DNA of 14,057 nucleotides from an uncultured Deinococcales bacterium (GTDB lineage Bacteria > Deinococcota > Deinococci > Deinococcales > JAAFIG01): positions 1 through 14,057 of the forward strand of contig CAXTTL010000126.1 in NCBI GenBank assembly GCA_964247135.1, in the 5' to 3' direction. The notes beneath the pieces are model-generated. The model was not told the origin of the DNA. It made no database searches and saw only the letters and a program-made list of their open reading frames with translations. Position numbers and translations under genes: made by a program. Positions 1 to 6,723 of this stretch are shown piece by piece. Each line of letters starts with the position of its first letter. Positions within the stretch are counted from its first letter, which is position 1.

Positions 1-1
1 C

Positions 2-103
2 CTGGAAGCTCGAGATTGGTTGGATGTTGTTCAAGCCGAAGGGCGCGAGTTTTTGCGTGAAGCCTCTCAGGTCAAAAACATTTGGATTCCATACGGAGAA
101 TAA
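2..103 (+). CDS. 3' end of an aldehyde dehydrogenase family protein (partial, enters from left edge)
   Basis: Frame from nt 2 reads LEARDWLDVVQAEGREFLREASQVKNIWIPYGE* (TAA 101-103). The ...FLRxxxQVKNIWxPYGE end resembles the C-terminus of long aldehyde dehydrogenases often found near deoC. The GGAG at 95-98 can serve as RBS for the next gene. Confidence 0.7.
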   Translation: MEARDWLDVVQAEGREFLREASQVKNIWIPYGE

Positions 104-106
104 ATC

Positions 107-529
107 ATGATTACAGACCTGGCACACACGGCGTTTCGCGTTCATGACCTCGAAAAATCCTTGGCATTTTACGAACTTTTGGGTTTAAAGGAATCCTTTC
201 GCCTCAACCACGACGACGGTTCGGTGATGCTGGTGTACTTGCACATCGGCGCAGATCGGTTTCTCGAGTTGTTCCCAGGTGGTGCGCTCGAGAATCCGCA
301 GAATAGTTTTATGCACATCTGTTTGGCTTCGGACAATTTGGTTGAGGATGTTGAAATGTTGCGCTCCAAAGGCGTGAAAATTGAGATTGAACCGAAAATG
401 GGTTTGGATTTGAACATGCAGGCTTGGATATCAGACCCTGACGGAAATGCGATAGAACTGATGCAACTTTCAGAAGCCTCACCGCAACGTCAGGTCGCTC
501 GAGGTGAGGCGATTTCGTTCAAGCAGTAA
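107..529 (+). CDS. VOC/glyoxalase (lactoylglutathione lyase-like) family protein
   Basis: HTAFRVHDLEKSLAFY, FLELF, HICL and WISDPDGNAIELMQ give the His/Glu/His/Glu metal-ligand pattern of VOC proteins. GGAG lies upstream of the ATG. Confidence 0.9.
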   Translation: MITDLAHTAFRVHDLEKSLAFYELLGLKESFRLNHDDGSVMLVYLHIGADRFLELFPGGALENPQNSFMHICLASDNLVEDVEMLRSKGVKIEIEPKMGLDLNMQAWISDPDGNAIELMQLSEASPQRQVARGEAISFKQ

Positions 530-557
530 CGCAATCTCGAGTGTCACAGGAGGTTTT

Positions 558-1526
558 ATGCAATTTACTCAACTTGGTCGCAGTGGTCTAAAAGTCAGCC
601 GTCTTTGCCTTGGTACCATGAATTTTGGTCCTGAAACGTCTGAACCTGACAGTTTTAAAATCATGGACGCGGCGCTCGAGCGTGGCATCAATTTTTTTGA
701 CACCGCCAACGTCTACGGACGCAAAATTCACCTTGGTTTCACCGAGGAAATCATTGGGCGTTGGCTCGAGCAAGGTGGACGGCGCGAGAAAATTGTGCTG
801 GCAACCAAGGTGTATGGCGGCATGGGCGAGGGACAGAACGATGCACGCCTTAGTGCCTATCACATCCGCAACGCCTGCGAAGCCAGTTTAAAACGCCTCA
901 AAACCGATCACATTGATTTGTATCAAATGCACCACGTGGACCGCAACACGCCCTGGGAAGAAATTTGGCAGGCGATGGAATGGTTGGTCGCGCAAGGCAT
1001 GGTGTTGTATGTCGGCTCGAGCAATTTTGCGGGTTGGCACATCGCGCAGGCGAACGAGGCGGCAAAATCGCGGCATTTTATGGGTTTGATTTCCGAGCAA
1101 AGCATTTACCACCTCAACAACCGTCAGATCGAACTCGAGGTGATTCCAGCCTGTCGAGGCTATGGTTTGGGTGTGATCCCCTGGAGTCCGTTGGCGGGTG
1201 GTTTGCTGGGCGGCGTGCTGCAAAAAATCGCGGAAGGTCGGCGCTCGAGTGAGGCGATTCAAGCGCGGGTTGAGAAACACCGTCCGCAACTCGAGGCGTA
1301 TGAAGCCTTGTGCAAAGAATTGAACGAAACGCCAGCCGATGTGGCGTTGGCGTGGTTGTTGCACAATCCTGTGGTCACTGCGCCGATCATTGGTCCGCGC
1401 ACGCTCGAGCAATTGGATGGGAATCTCAAGTCACTCGAGGTCAAGCTGGATGCGGCGACCTTAAAGAAATTGGACGAGATTTTCCCTGGACCTGGCGGCG
1501 AAGCGCCAGAAGCTTACGCTTGGTGA
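558..1526 (+). CDS. Aldo/keto reductase
   Basis: Motifs LGRSGLKVSRLCLGTMNFG, GINFFDTANVYG, LATK, DHIDLYQMH, PWSPLAGGLL and PIIGPRT. RBS AGGAGG (548-553) precedes ATG 558, so the start is 558 rather than the ORF-track 504. Confidence 0.95.
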   Translation: MQFTQLGRSGLKVSRLCLGTMNFGPETSEPDSFKIMDAALERGINFFDTANVYGRKIHLGFTEEIIGRWLEQGGRREKIVLATKVYGGMGEGQNDARLSAYHIRNACEASLKRLKTDHIDLYQMHHVDRNTPWEEIWQAMEWLVAQGMVLYVGSSNFAGWHIAQANEAAKSRHFMGLISEQSIYHLNNRQIELEVIPACRGYGLGVIPWSPLAGGLLGGVLQKIAEGRRSSEAIQARVEKHRPQLEAYEALCKELNETPADVALAWLLHNPVVTAPIIGPRTLEQLDGNLKSLEVKLDAATLKKLDEIFPGPGGEAPEAYAW

Positions 1527-1590
1527 GTCAAGTTTGCGTTTTGGGGACTCGAGCATTTCAGGTGCATTTTTTTGCGAAAACCAAAACCCC

Positions 1591-1974
1591 TCACGATGTC
1601 TGAAGATGAAGACCCAATACTTTGCAGCAACGGCGAATTTGTTCAATTGCGGTAATGGGCGGTAGGCTCAATTCTGGAAACTCTGGTGGGTTGAGCCAGG
1701 TGATGTATTCGCCTTTCAAAAGTTCAGAAAGCGCTCCCTCGAGTTCCTTGAGGCTGTGAAGCAGCCCTTCTGAAGCTTTAATCTCCTCAAGTTTCTTGTT
1801 GCGGTTTGTGCCAATCAAGATCGAAAATTTCCAAGCATTTTGTTCTTGCCAACTGTAAAGTTCCCAGCCTTTTATGGAACGCTTTTTGGGTTTATTTTGA
1901 GCAATGGTTTGGGTCACGAAAAACCTCGAGATCACCAGTGCAGTTGCAAATTGCAAAAAGTTTCGCCTGTTCAT
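1591..1974 (-). CDS. Hypothetical exported protein with twin-arginine (Tat) signal
   Basis: N-terminus MNRRNFLQFATALVISRFFVTQTIAQ contains the RRxFL Tat motif. It starts 8 nt after the nrdR stop on the same strand. Confidence 0.65.
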   Translation of the reverse strand: MNRRNFLQFATALVISRFFVTQTIAQNKPKKRSIKGWELYSWQEQNAWKFSILIGTNRNKKLEEIKASEGLLHSLKELEGALSELLKGEYITWLNPPEFPELSLPPITAIEQIRRCCKVLGLHLQTS

Positions 1975-1982
1975 CAGTTCTT

Positions 1983-2492
1983 CTAACCTCGGGTTTTGGT
2001 TTTTGTCACTGCTTCCATCACGCCTGCAACCTCGAGGATTTCTGGGGTTTCACGCTCGAGCGTTTGAATTTCTTGGATGAAATCATTCACGTTGGCAAAA
2101 TCGCGGTAGACGCTGGCAAAACGAATGTAAGCCACTTCGTCCAGTGGGCGTAAGAATTGCATGGCGCGGCGTCCAACCTCTTCGGAAAGAATATCGGAAC
2201 CGCCCTCAAAACGGTCTTCAAACGAAAAGGCGAAAGCTCGCAAGCGTTCGACGTTAACGGGGCGTTTTTCACAGGCGATCATCAAACCGCGCAGCAGTTT
2301 ATCGGGGTCAAAAGCCTCTTTGCGTCCGTTGCGTTTGACGACCATGAGCGGTTCAAATTGGGCGCGTTCGTAACTGGTAAACCGGTACGAGCACTTTGGG
2401 CATTCACGGCGGCGGCGAATCGCGGCGTTTTCGTCGCTGGGGCGTGAATCGACCACTCGGGTATCAGGGTGTGAGCAGCGTGGGCATTTCAT
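1983..2492 (-). CDS. nrdR: Transcriptional repressor NrdR (zinc ribbon + ATP cone)
   Basis: MKCPRC...VVDSR...IRRRRECPKCSYRFTSYE, VVKRNGRKEAFD and LDEVAYIRFASVYRDF are hallmark NrdR motifs. Confidence 0.97.
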   Translation of the reverse strand: MKCPRCSHPDTRVVDSRPSDENAAIRRRRECPKCSYRFTSYERAQFEPLMVVKRNGRKEAFDPDKLLRGLMIACEKRPVNVERLRAFAFSFEDRFEGGSDILSEEVGRRAMQFLRPLDEVAYIRFASVYRDFANVNDFIQEIQTLERETPEILEVAGVMEAVTKTKTRG

Positions 2493-3196
2493 AGGTAAAA
2501 CTCCCGTGGAATGTTGGACCGGACATCTTTGAGCGCCGAAAGCGTCACGCCGATGGTTTGCCCCGTGATGCCCCTCGAGGCGGTCAAGGCGAGCGAGACG
2601 GCGCTCTCACCGAGTCTCGAGTCAAACTCGAGTCCGCCAGCCGCCCGAGACGGCACGAGGGCGTTGACGCGCATTCCGGTCTCGGACAGCCCGCCGACCA
2701 GACCGGACAGGTAAGAACGCAAGGCTCGGGTTTGCGGTTCATTGCTGGCTTGAGGTGGTAGCACCAACGTCGCCCAGGCGTTCGGGCAGCGCTTTAAGAG
2801 CATTTGCAGCATCAAATAACTCGAGCGGGCGGTGGTTTCGAGCATTTCGGTGAATTCGCCCTCGAGTAATTTTTTGAACGGCGTGCTCGAGGCTTCATCG
2901 GCGATGTGAACCAAGCCATTGATCGACCCGTAAATCTCGAGCATTTTGTTAAAGGTTTGCGCCACCTCGAGTTGCACGCTGCTATCACCCTTGATCGGAA
3001 TGCTCTGCGCCCCGCCGCGCTCGAGTTCGGCGGCGGTCAGGCTCGCCGCCTCGGGGTTGGCATCGACGCAGATCACGGTTGCCCCAGCCACCGACATTGC
3101 CCTGGCGATGCTGTGACCGAAGCCACGACCGGCACTGGTCACGGCAATCACGGTGTTCTCGAGGGGTCTGGGCGCGGTGATTGAGGGTGGCATCAT
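2489..3196 (-). CDS. SDR-family Rossmann-fold oxidoreductase-like protein (atypical)
   Basis: Motifs VIAVTSAGRGFGHSIARAM, VICVD, GSINGLVHIA and GMRVNALVP, plus C-terminal SRGITGQTI. Its TGA overlaps the nrdR ATG (ATGA). Start is ATG 3196 or 3193; the ORF-track extension to 3358 covers the divergent intergenic region. Confidence 0.85.
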   Translation of the reverse strand: MMPPSITAPRPLENTVIAVTSAGRGFGHSIARAMSVAGATVICVDANPEAASLTAAELERGGAQSIPIKGDSSVQLEVAQTFNKMLEIYGSINGLVHIADEASSTPFKKLLEGEFTEMLETTARSSYLMLQMLLKRCPNAWATLVLPPQASNEPQTRALRSYLSGLVGGLSETGMRVNALVPSRAAGGLEFDSRLGESAVSLALTASRGITGQTIGVTLSALKDVRSNIPREFYL

Positions 3197-3332
3197 GAGA
3201 ATCTTTGCCCATTGTACACCGCCACCGATGGCAACAAAGGCTTGAGAATCTCCTTTTTGATCGGGCGTCCAATTTGGCTCATTCTTGAGGCTCGAGCCTG
3301 GGATTTTGACCGCGAATTCTGAACCGAGGCTG

Positions 3333-3348
3333 TAAACTAAACGACGTG
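3333..3348 (+). promoter_or_regulatory. Probable -10 element (TAAACT) of a leaderless transcript
   Basis: TAAACT at 3333-3338 sits 7 nt before GTG 3346, with no Shine-Dalgarno in between. Confidence 0.5.
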
Positions 3349-4158
3349 CGTGGTTCATTGGGTATTTTCAGTTTGCTCGACTTGTTGCAGCTTCTTGGGT
3401 CCAATCAATCCAAGGGCTGCCTGACCATTCATCACCCCAGCGAACGCGAGGGTCGGGTGTTTTTTGATGTTGGGCGCGTGGTGTTTGCCCAGTTCGGCAC
3501 GCTCGAGGACGCGCCTGCGGTGCGGGCGATGTTGCGCGACGAGCGCGGCAATTTTGAATTTATTCCTGGGCGAATGCCCTTAAAAAAAACCATTGACGTC
3601 AGCCTGGATAATTTCTTGTTTGAAGTCATCCGCGAGCTTGACGAGAACACCAAAGTCACGGTCGAAAAGAAAGTCTTGCCGCCCAACGAACTCGACGCGC
3701 CGCGCATTTTGGACCATGCCCGCATCAGCAGTTTGACGCTGTCCGCCGACGAATTCTCGGTGATTGAACTGATCGACGGCGAGCGCAGCGTCTCAGCGAT
3801 TGCGCAAACCGCCAAACAGCCACTCGATTTGGTGCAGACCGTTTTGATTCGCTTCTCGAGTTTGGGTTTGGTGGACGTGAAAAAACGCTCTCCTCGCATT
3901 GCGCGACTGGTGATTGGGTTAAGCCGCGAACTGACCGACATGCGGGTCTGCGTCGATGAGGTGATCTTGCGCTCCTGGGATCGTCAGCACGGTCGCCCAG
4001 TCTCCAAAATTCGGATGCGCGACACGGCGGGCAAGGAATTTGTCTTTGAAGCCTTCGGCACGCCAAACTTGGGCGCTTACCTGCTGTTCTCGAGCAATGC
4101 CATCATGCGTTACGACTTGCACGCGGGCGCTCAGGTGCTGGTCAAGCCCGAAGCGTAA
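3346..4158 (+). CDS. DUF4388 (PATAN-like) domain protein with winged-helix-like segment
   Basis: MRGSLGIFSLLDLLQLL...KGCLTI...GRVFFDVGRVVFAQ...GNFEF is the DUF4388 signature. LSADEFSVIELIDGERSVSAIA...LGLV is HTH-like. Confidence 0.85.
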   Translation: MRGSLGIFSLLDLLQLLGSNQSKGCLTIHHPSEREGRVFFDVGRVVFAQFGTLEDAPAVRAMLRDERGNFEFIPGRMPLKKTIDVSLDNFLFEVIRELDENTKVTVEKKVLPPNELDAPRILDHARISSLTLSADEFSVIELIDGERSVSAIAQTAKQPLDLVQTVLIRFSSLGLVDVKKRSPRIARLVIGLSRELTDMRVCVDEVILRSWDRQHGRPVSKIRMRDTAGKEFVFEAFGTPNLGAYLLFSSNAIMRYDLHAGAQVLVKPEA

Positions 4159-4165
4159 ATCAAGT

Positions 4166-4182
4166 TAGACTGATCTGGAATG
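4166..4182 (+). promoter_or_regulatory. Probable -10 element (TAGACT) of a leaderless transcript
   Basis: TAGACT at 4166-4171 lies 8 nt before ATG 4180, with no clear RBS. Confidence 0.4.
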
Positions 4183-4650
4183 AGCCTGCCCGACCTGGAC
4201 CCAAACTCGAGCCTGAATTTACGCAAAGCCGCGATGCGTGACGTGAATGCGATGCTCGAGCTGATTGCGTTCTGGGCGAAAAAGGGTGTCATGCTGCCCA
4301 AAACCCGTGATGTGATGTTCAGCCAAATCCGCGATTTTTACCTGCTCGAGACCCAGGATGGCGGCATTGCCGGCACGGTCGGTTTGCATGTCTTGTGGCA
4401 CGATCTGGGCGAGGTGCGCAGTCTGGCGATTCATCCGAATTTTCGAGGGCAAGGTCTGGGCAGACAGCTCGTGCTGGGTGTCGAAGCCGAAGCCAGGGGT
4501 TTGGGAATTCCGAGGTTGTTCGCCTGGACGCTCGAGCCAGATTTTTTTGTGCGTTGCGGTTACGCGTTAATATCAACCGATGAATTGCCGCCCAAGGTCT
4601 ACAAGGAATACAACAAAAGCGCCATGATGAAAGCGATTGGTGTCGCGTAA
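4180..4650 (+). CDS. GNAT N-acetyltransferase, short amino-acid N-acetyltransferase (ArgA-like) type
   Basis: LRKAAMRDV...GVMLPK...IRDF...LHVLWHDLGEVRSLAIHPNFRGQGLGRQLV...FF..CGY...LPPKV match the short N-acetylglutamate synthase-like GNAT family. RGQGLG is the acetyl-CoA motif. Confidence 0.8.
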   Translation: MSLPDLDPNSSLNLRKAAMRDVNAMLELIAFWAKKGVMLPKTRDVMFSQIRDFYLLETQDGGIAGTVGLHVLWHDLGEVRSLAIHPNFRGQGLGRQLVLGVEAEARGLGIPRLFAWTLEPDFFVRCGYALISTDELPPKVYKEYNKSAMMKAIGVA

Positions 4651-4693
4651 ACCCAACCATTCTCGAGTTAAAGTTTGAAGTTAAAGGAGTTTT

Positions 4694-5221
4694 GTGAGCG
4701 AAGAATTCAGTTATCCAATTGGGAAACTTGCCCTTCGAGCCGAGTATTCAACAGAGGATCGAACAGGGTTTCTGGTTCAACTCGAGGAGCTTCCAAGCCA
4801 TTTGCGTGCGGCGGTGGCGGGCTTATCGGAATCTCAACTCGAGACGCCGTACCGCGACGGCGGCTGGAGTTTGCGTCAAGTGGTGCATCATGTGCCTGAC
4901 AGCCATTTGCAAGGATACATGCGCTTTAAGCTCGCGCTGACTGAGGTCAATCCAACGGTGACCGCCTACTCTCAACCCGCCTGGGGCGAACTGGCGGATG
5001 TTCAAACCGCGCCGCTCGAGGTGTCCATCAAACTGCTCGAGGCGCTGCATGTTCGTTGGGTGACGTTGATTCGAGGCATGAAATTAGATGATTTTGCACG
5101 GACGTTTGTGATCAAAAATGAAACCCGCACGCTCGACATGACGTTGCACTTGTACGCTTGGCACAGTTTGCATCATGTCGCGCAAATCAATGGTTTAAGA
5201 TCACGAAAGGGTTGGTTATGA
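4694..5221 (+). CDS. YfiT/BstA family bacillithiol S-transferase (DinB superfamily), copy 1
   Basis: Motifs YPIG, LETPYRDGGWSLRQVVHHVPDSH, RFKLALTE, LLEALHVRW and LYAWHSLHHVAQI. RBS AAGGAG precedes the GTG. Confidence 0.92.
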   Translation: MSEEFSYPIGKLALRAEYSTEDRTGFLVQLEELPSHLRAAVAGLSESQLETPYRDGGWSLRQVVHHVPDSHLQGYMRFKLALTEVNPTVTAYSQPAWGELADVQTAPLEVSIKLLEALHVRWVTLIRGMKLDDFARTFVIKNETRTLDMTLHLYAWHSLHHVAQINGLRSRKGWL

Positions 5222-5739
5222 GCGAGTTACAATATCCTGTCGGGAAATTCGAGCGTCAAAGCGAATATCACCCGTCCGAGATTGCAGCATTCATTGGGAT
5301 TCTCGAGCAACTGCCAAGCCAGATGCGTGCGGCAGTGCAAGGTTTATCTGATTCGCAACTCGAGACAACGTACCGTGAAGGCGGTTGGAGCTTAAGGCAA
5401 GTGGTGCATCACGTGCCAGACAGTCACATGAACTCTTTTGTGCGGTTTAAGCTCGCGCTGACCGAAGAAAACCCGACCATCAAACCTTACGACGAGGCGG
5501 CTTGGGCGCTGCTCTCAGACTCGAGTTTGCCTGTTCAGGTCAGCCTCGATTTGCTCGAGGCGCTGCACATGCGTTGGGTGATTTTGCTGAACTCATTGAA
5601 CCCCGAAGATTGGAACCGCACCTTCAGCCACCCAGAAAATGGCTAGATGACCCTCGAGTACGCGCTGGCGTTGTACGCCTGGCACTCGAGGCACCACTTG
5701 GCGCACATCACCCAAACCCGTGAAAGACTGGCGTGGTGA
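5218..5739 (+). pseudogene. YfiT/BstA family bacillithiol S-transferase, copy 2, interrupted by in-frame TAG at 5644-5646
   Basis: ATG 5218 overlaps the copy-1 TGA. It reads MSELQYPVG...RQVVHHVPDSHMNSFVRFKLALTEENPTIKPYDE...[39 protein letters not shown] with no frameshift. The terminal TGA (5737-5739) overlaps the next GTG. Confidence 0.85.
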
Positions 5740-6461
5740 AATACTTTTTATTGTTGATTGTCTTAGCCTGCTCGAGCGTCTTGGCAATCGCGCCTGGAAT
5801 TGTTACCAACGGTACTCGGGACAAACCGCGCATCGCCCTGACCTTCGATGCCGACATGACCCCAGGTATGAAAGGACTGCTGGACAGCGGAAAAGTCAAA
5901 TCGTACAACAACACCAAAATTTACGCGCTGCTCGAGCAATATAAGCTTAAAGCCACGTTTTTTTTGACGGGCATGTGGATGGAACGCTACCCAGATCAGG
6001 TTAAAGCCTTCATTAAAAACCCGCGTTACGAACTCGAGAATCACAGCTATGCGCACCCTGGGTTTTTGCAACCGTGTTACGGACTGCCTGGCATTGCCGA
6101 AAAGTTCAAGGTCGCGCAGGTATTGAAAACCAAAACGCTGCTCGAGCAATACGGCATCAAAAACAAGTTTTTTCGCTTTCCAGGTGGTTGCGCCAGCAAA
6201 GCCGATGTTGCCCTGGTCAACAGCCTAGGACTCGAGGTGGTGCATTGGGACGTGATCGGCGGGGACGGTGGTGCGACGGGTGCCAACGTGATCGTCAAAA
6301 ATGTTTTGAGCCAAGTGAAAAATGGCAGTATTATTGTGCTGCACTCGCACGGAGGACCAAAGGTGCGATTTACAGATCAGGCGCTGAAAACAATCATCCC
6401 AGCCCTCTTAAAGCGCGGTTTTCAATTTGTGAAGCTCGAGGAATTGCTGCAAAACCATTAA
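5736..6461 (+). CDS. Secreted polysaccharide deacetylase (NodB/CE4 domain)
   Basis: Signal peptide (KYFLLLIVLACSSVLA), then IALTFDAD, KATFFLTG, ENHSYAH, FRFPGG, VHWDV and GSIIVLH (CE4 motifs). Start is GTG 5736 or 5733. Confidence 0.92.
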   Translation: MKYFLLLIVLACSSVLAIAPGIVTNGTRDKPRIALTFDADMTPGMKGLLDSGKVKSYNNTKIYALLEQYKLKATFFLTGMWMERYPDQVKAFIKNPRYELENHSYAHPGFLQPCYGLPGIAEKFKVAQVLKTKTLLEQYGIKNKFFRFPGGCASKADVALVNSLGLEVVHWDVIGGDGGATGANVIVKNVLSQVKNGSIIVLHSHGGPKVRFTDQALKTIIPALLKRGFQFVKLEELLQNH

Positions 6462-6579
6462 TTGCAGCTTGAAAATCAAGCTCGAGTATACCCATACGAC
6501 TTGATGATTGTTGACCACCATTCTTTCCGGAAAATACAGCCCCTCTCTGTTTTACGCTCAGCCAACAAAAAGGAATCGC

Positions 6580-6723
6580 ATGAAAGACAATCTTGAAAGC
6601 CAGAAAATTCCGTACCAAACTCCAAAACTCGAGGTGGTCGGCGTGTTTGTGGCGTTGATTGCCGCTTCGGTGATTACGGTGCCAATTCAATTCAATCAGC
6701 CAAGTGACGGAGAAAAACAATGA
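6580..6723 (+). CDS. 47-aa small peptide with lasso/RRE-type RiPP leader motif (YxxPxLxxxG)
   Basis: RBS AAAGGA precedes ATG 6580. Sequence MKDNLESQKIPYQTPKLEVVGVFVALIAASVITVPIQFNQPSDGEKQ*. Its TGA overlaps the downstream ATG (ATGA 6720-6723). Confidence 0.65.
   Translation: MKDNLESQKIPYQTPKLEVVGVFVALIAASVITVPIQFNQPSDGEKQ

Noticed and set aside
3197-3358. ORF-track N-terminal extension of the SDR (and similar extensions at 504-557, 5158-5217 and 6508-6579)
   Set aside because: These extensions overlap neighbouring genes or promoter regions and lack family similarity. Better starts with an RBS or stop-start overlap exist downstream.
4666-4686. AGTTAAAG direct repeat upstream of yfiT copy 1
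   Set aside because: It is short, AT-rich and overlaps the RBS, so it is compatible with chance.
5644-5646. Genome-wide amber recoding or pyrrolysine
   Set aside because: Only one internal TAG is seen, and nrdR ends at a TAG at a plausible position. One case cannot support recoding.
6580-6723. Canonical lasso peptide gene cluster
   Set aside because: There is no Thr at -2, no ring-forming Asp/Glu at core position 7-9, and no cyclase, peptidase or RRE gene in the window. It is kept only as a leader-like peptide.
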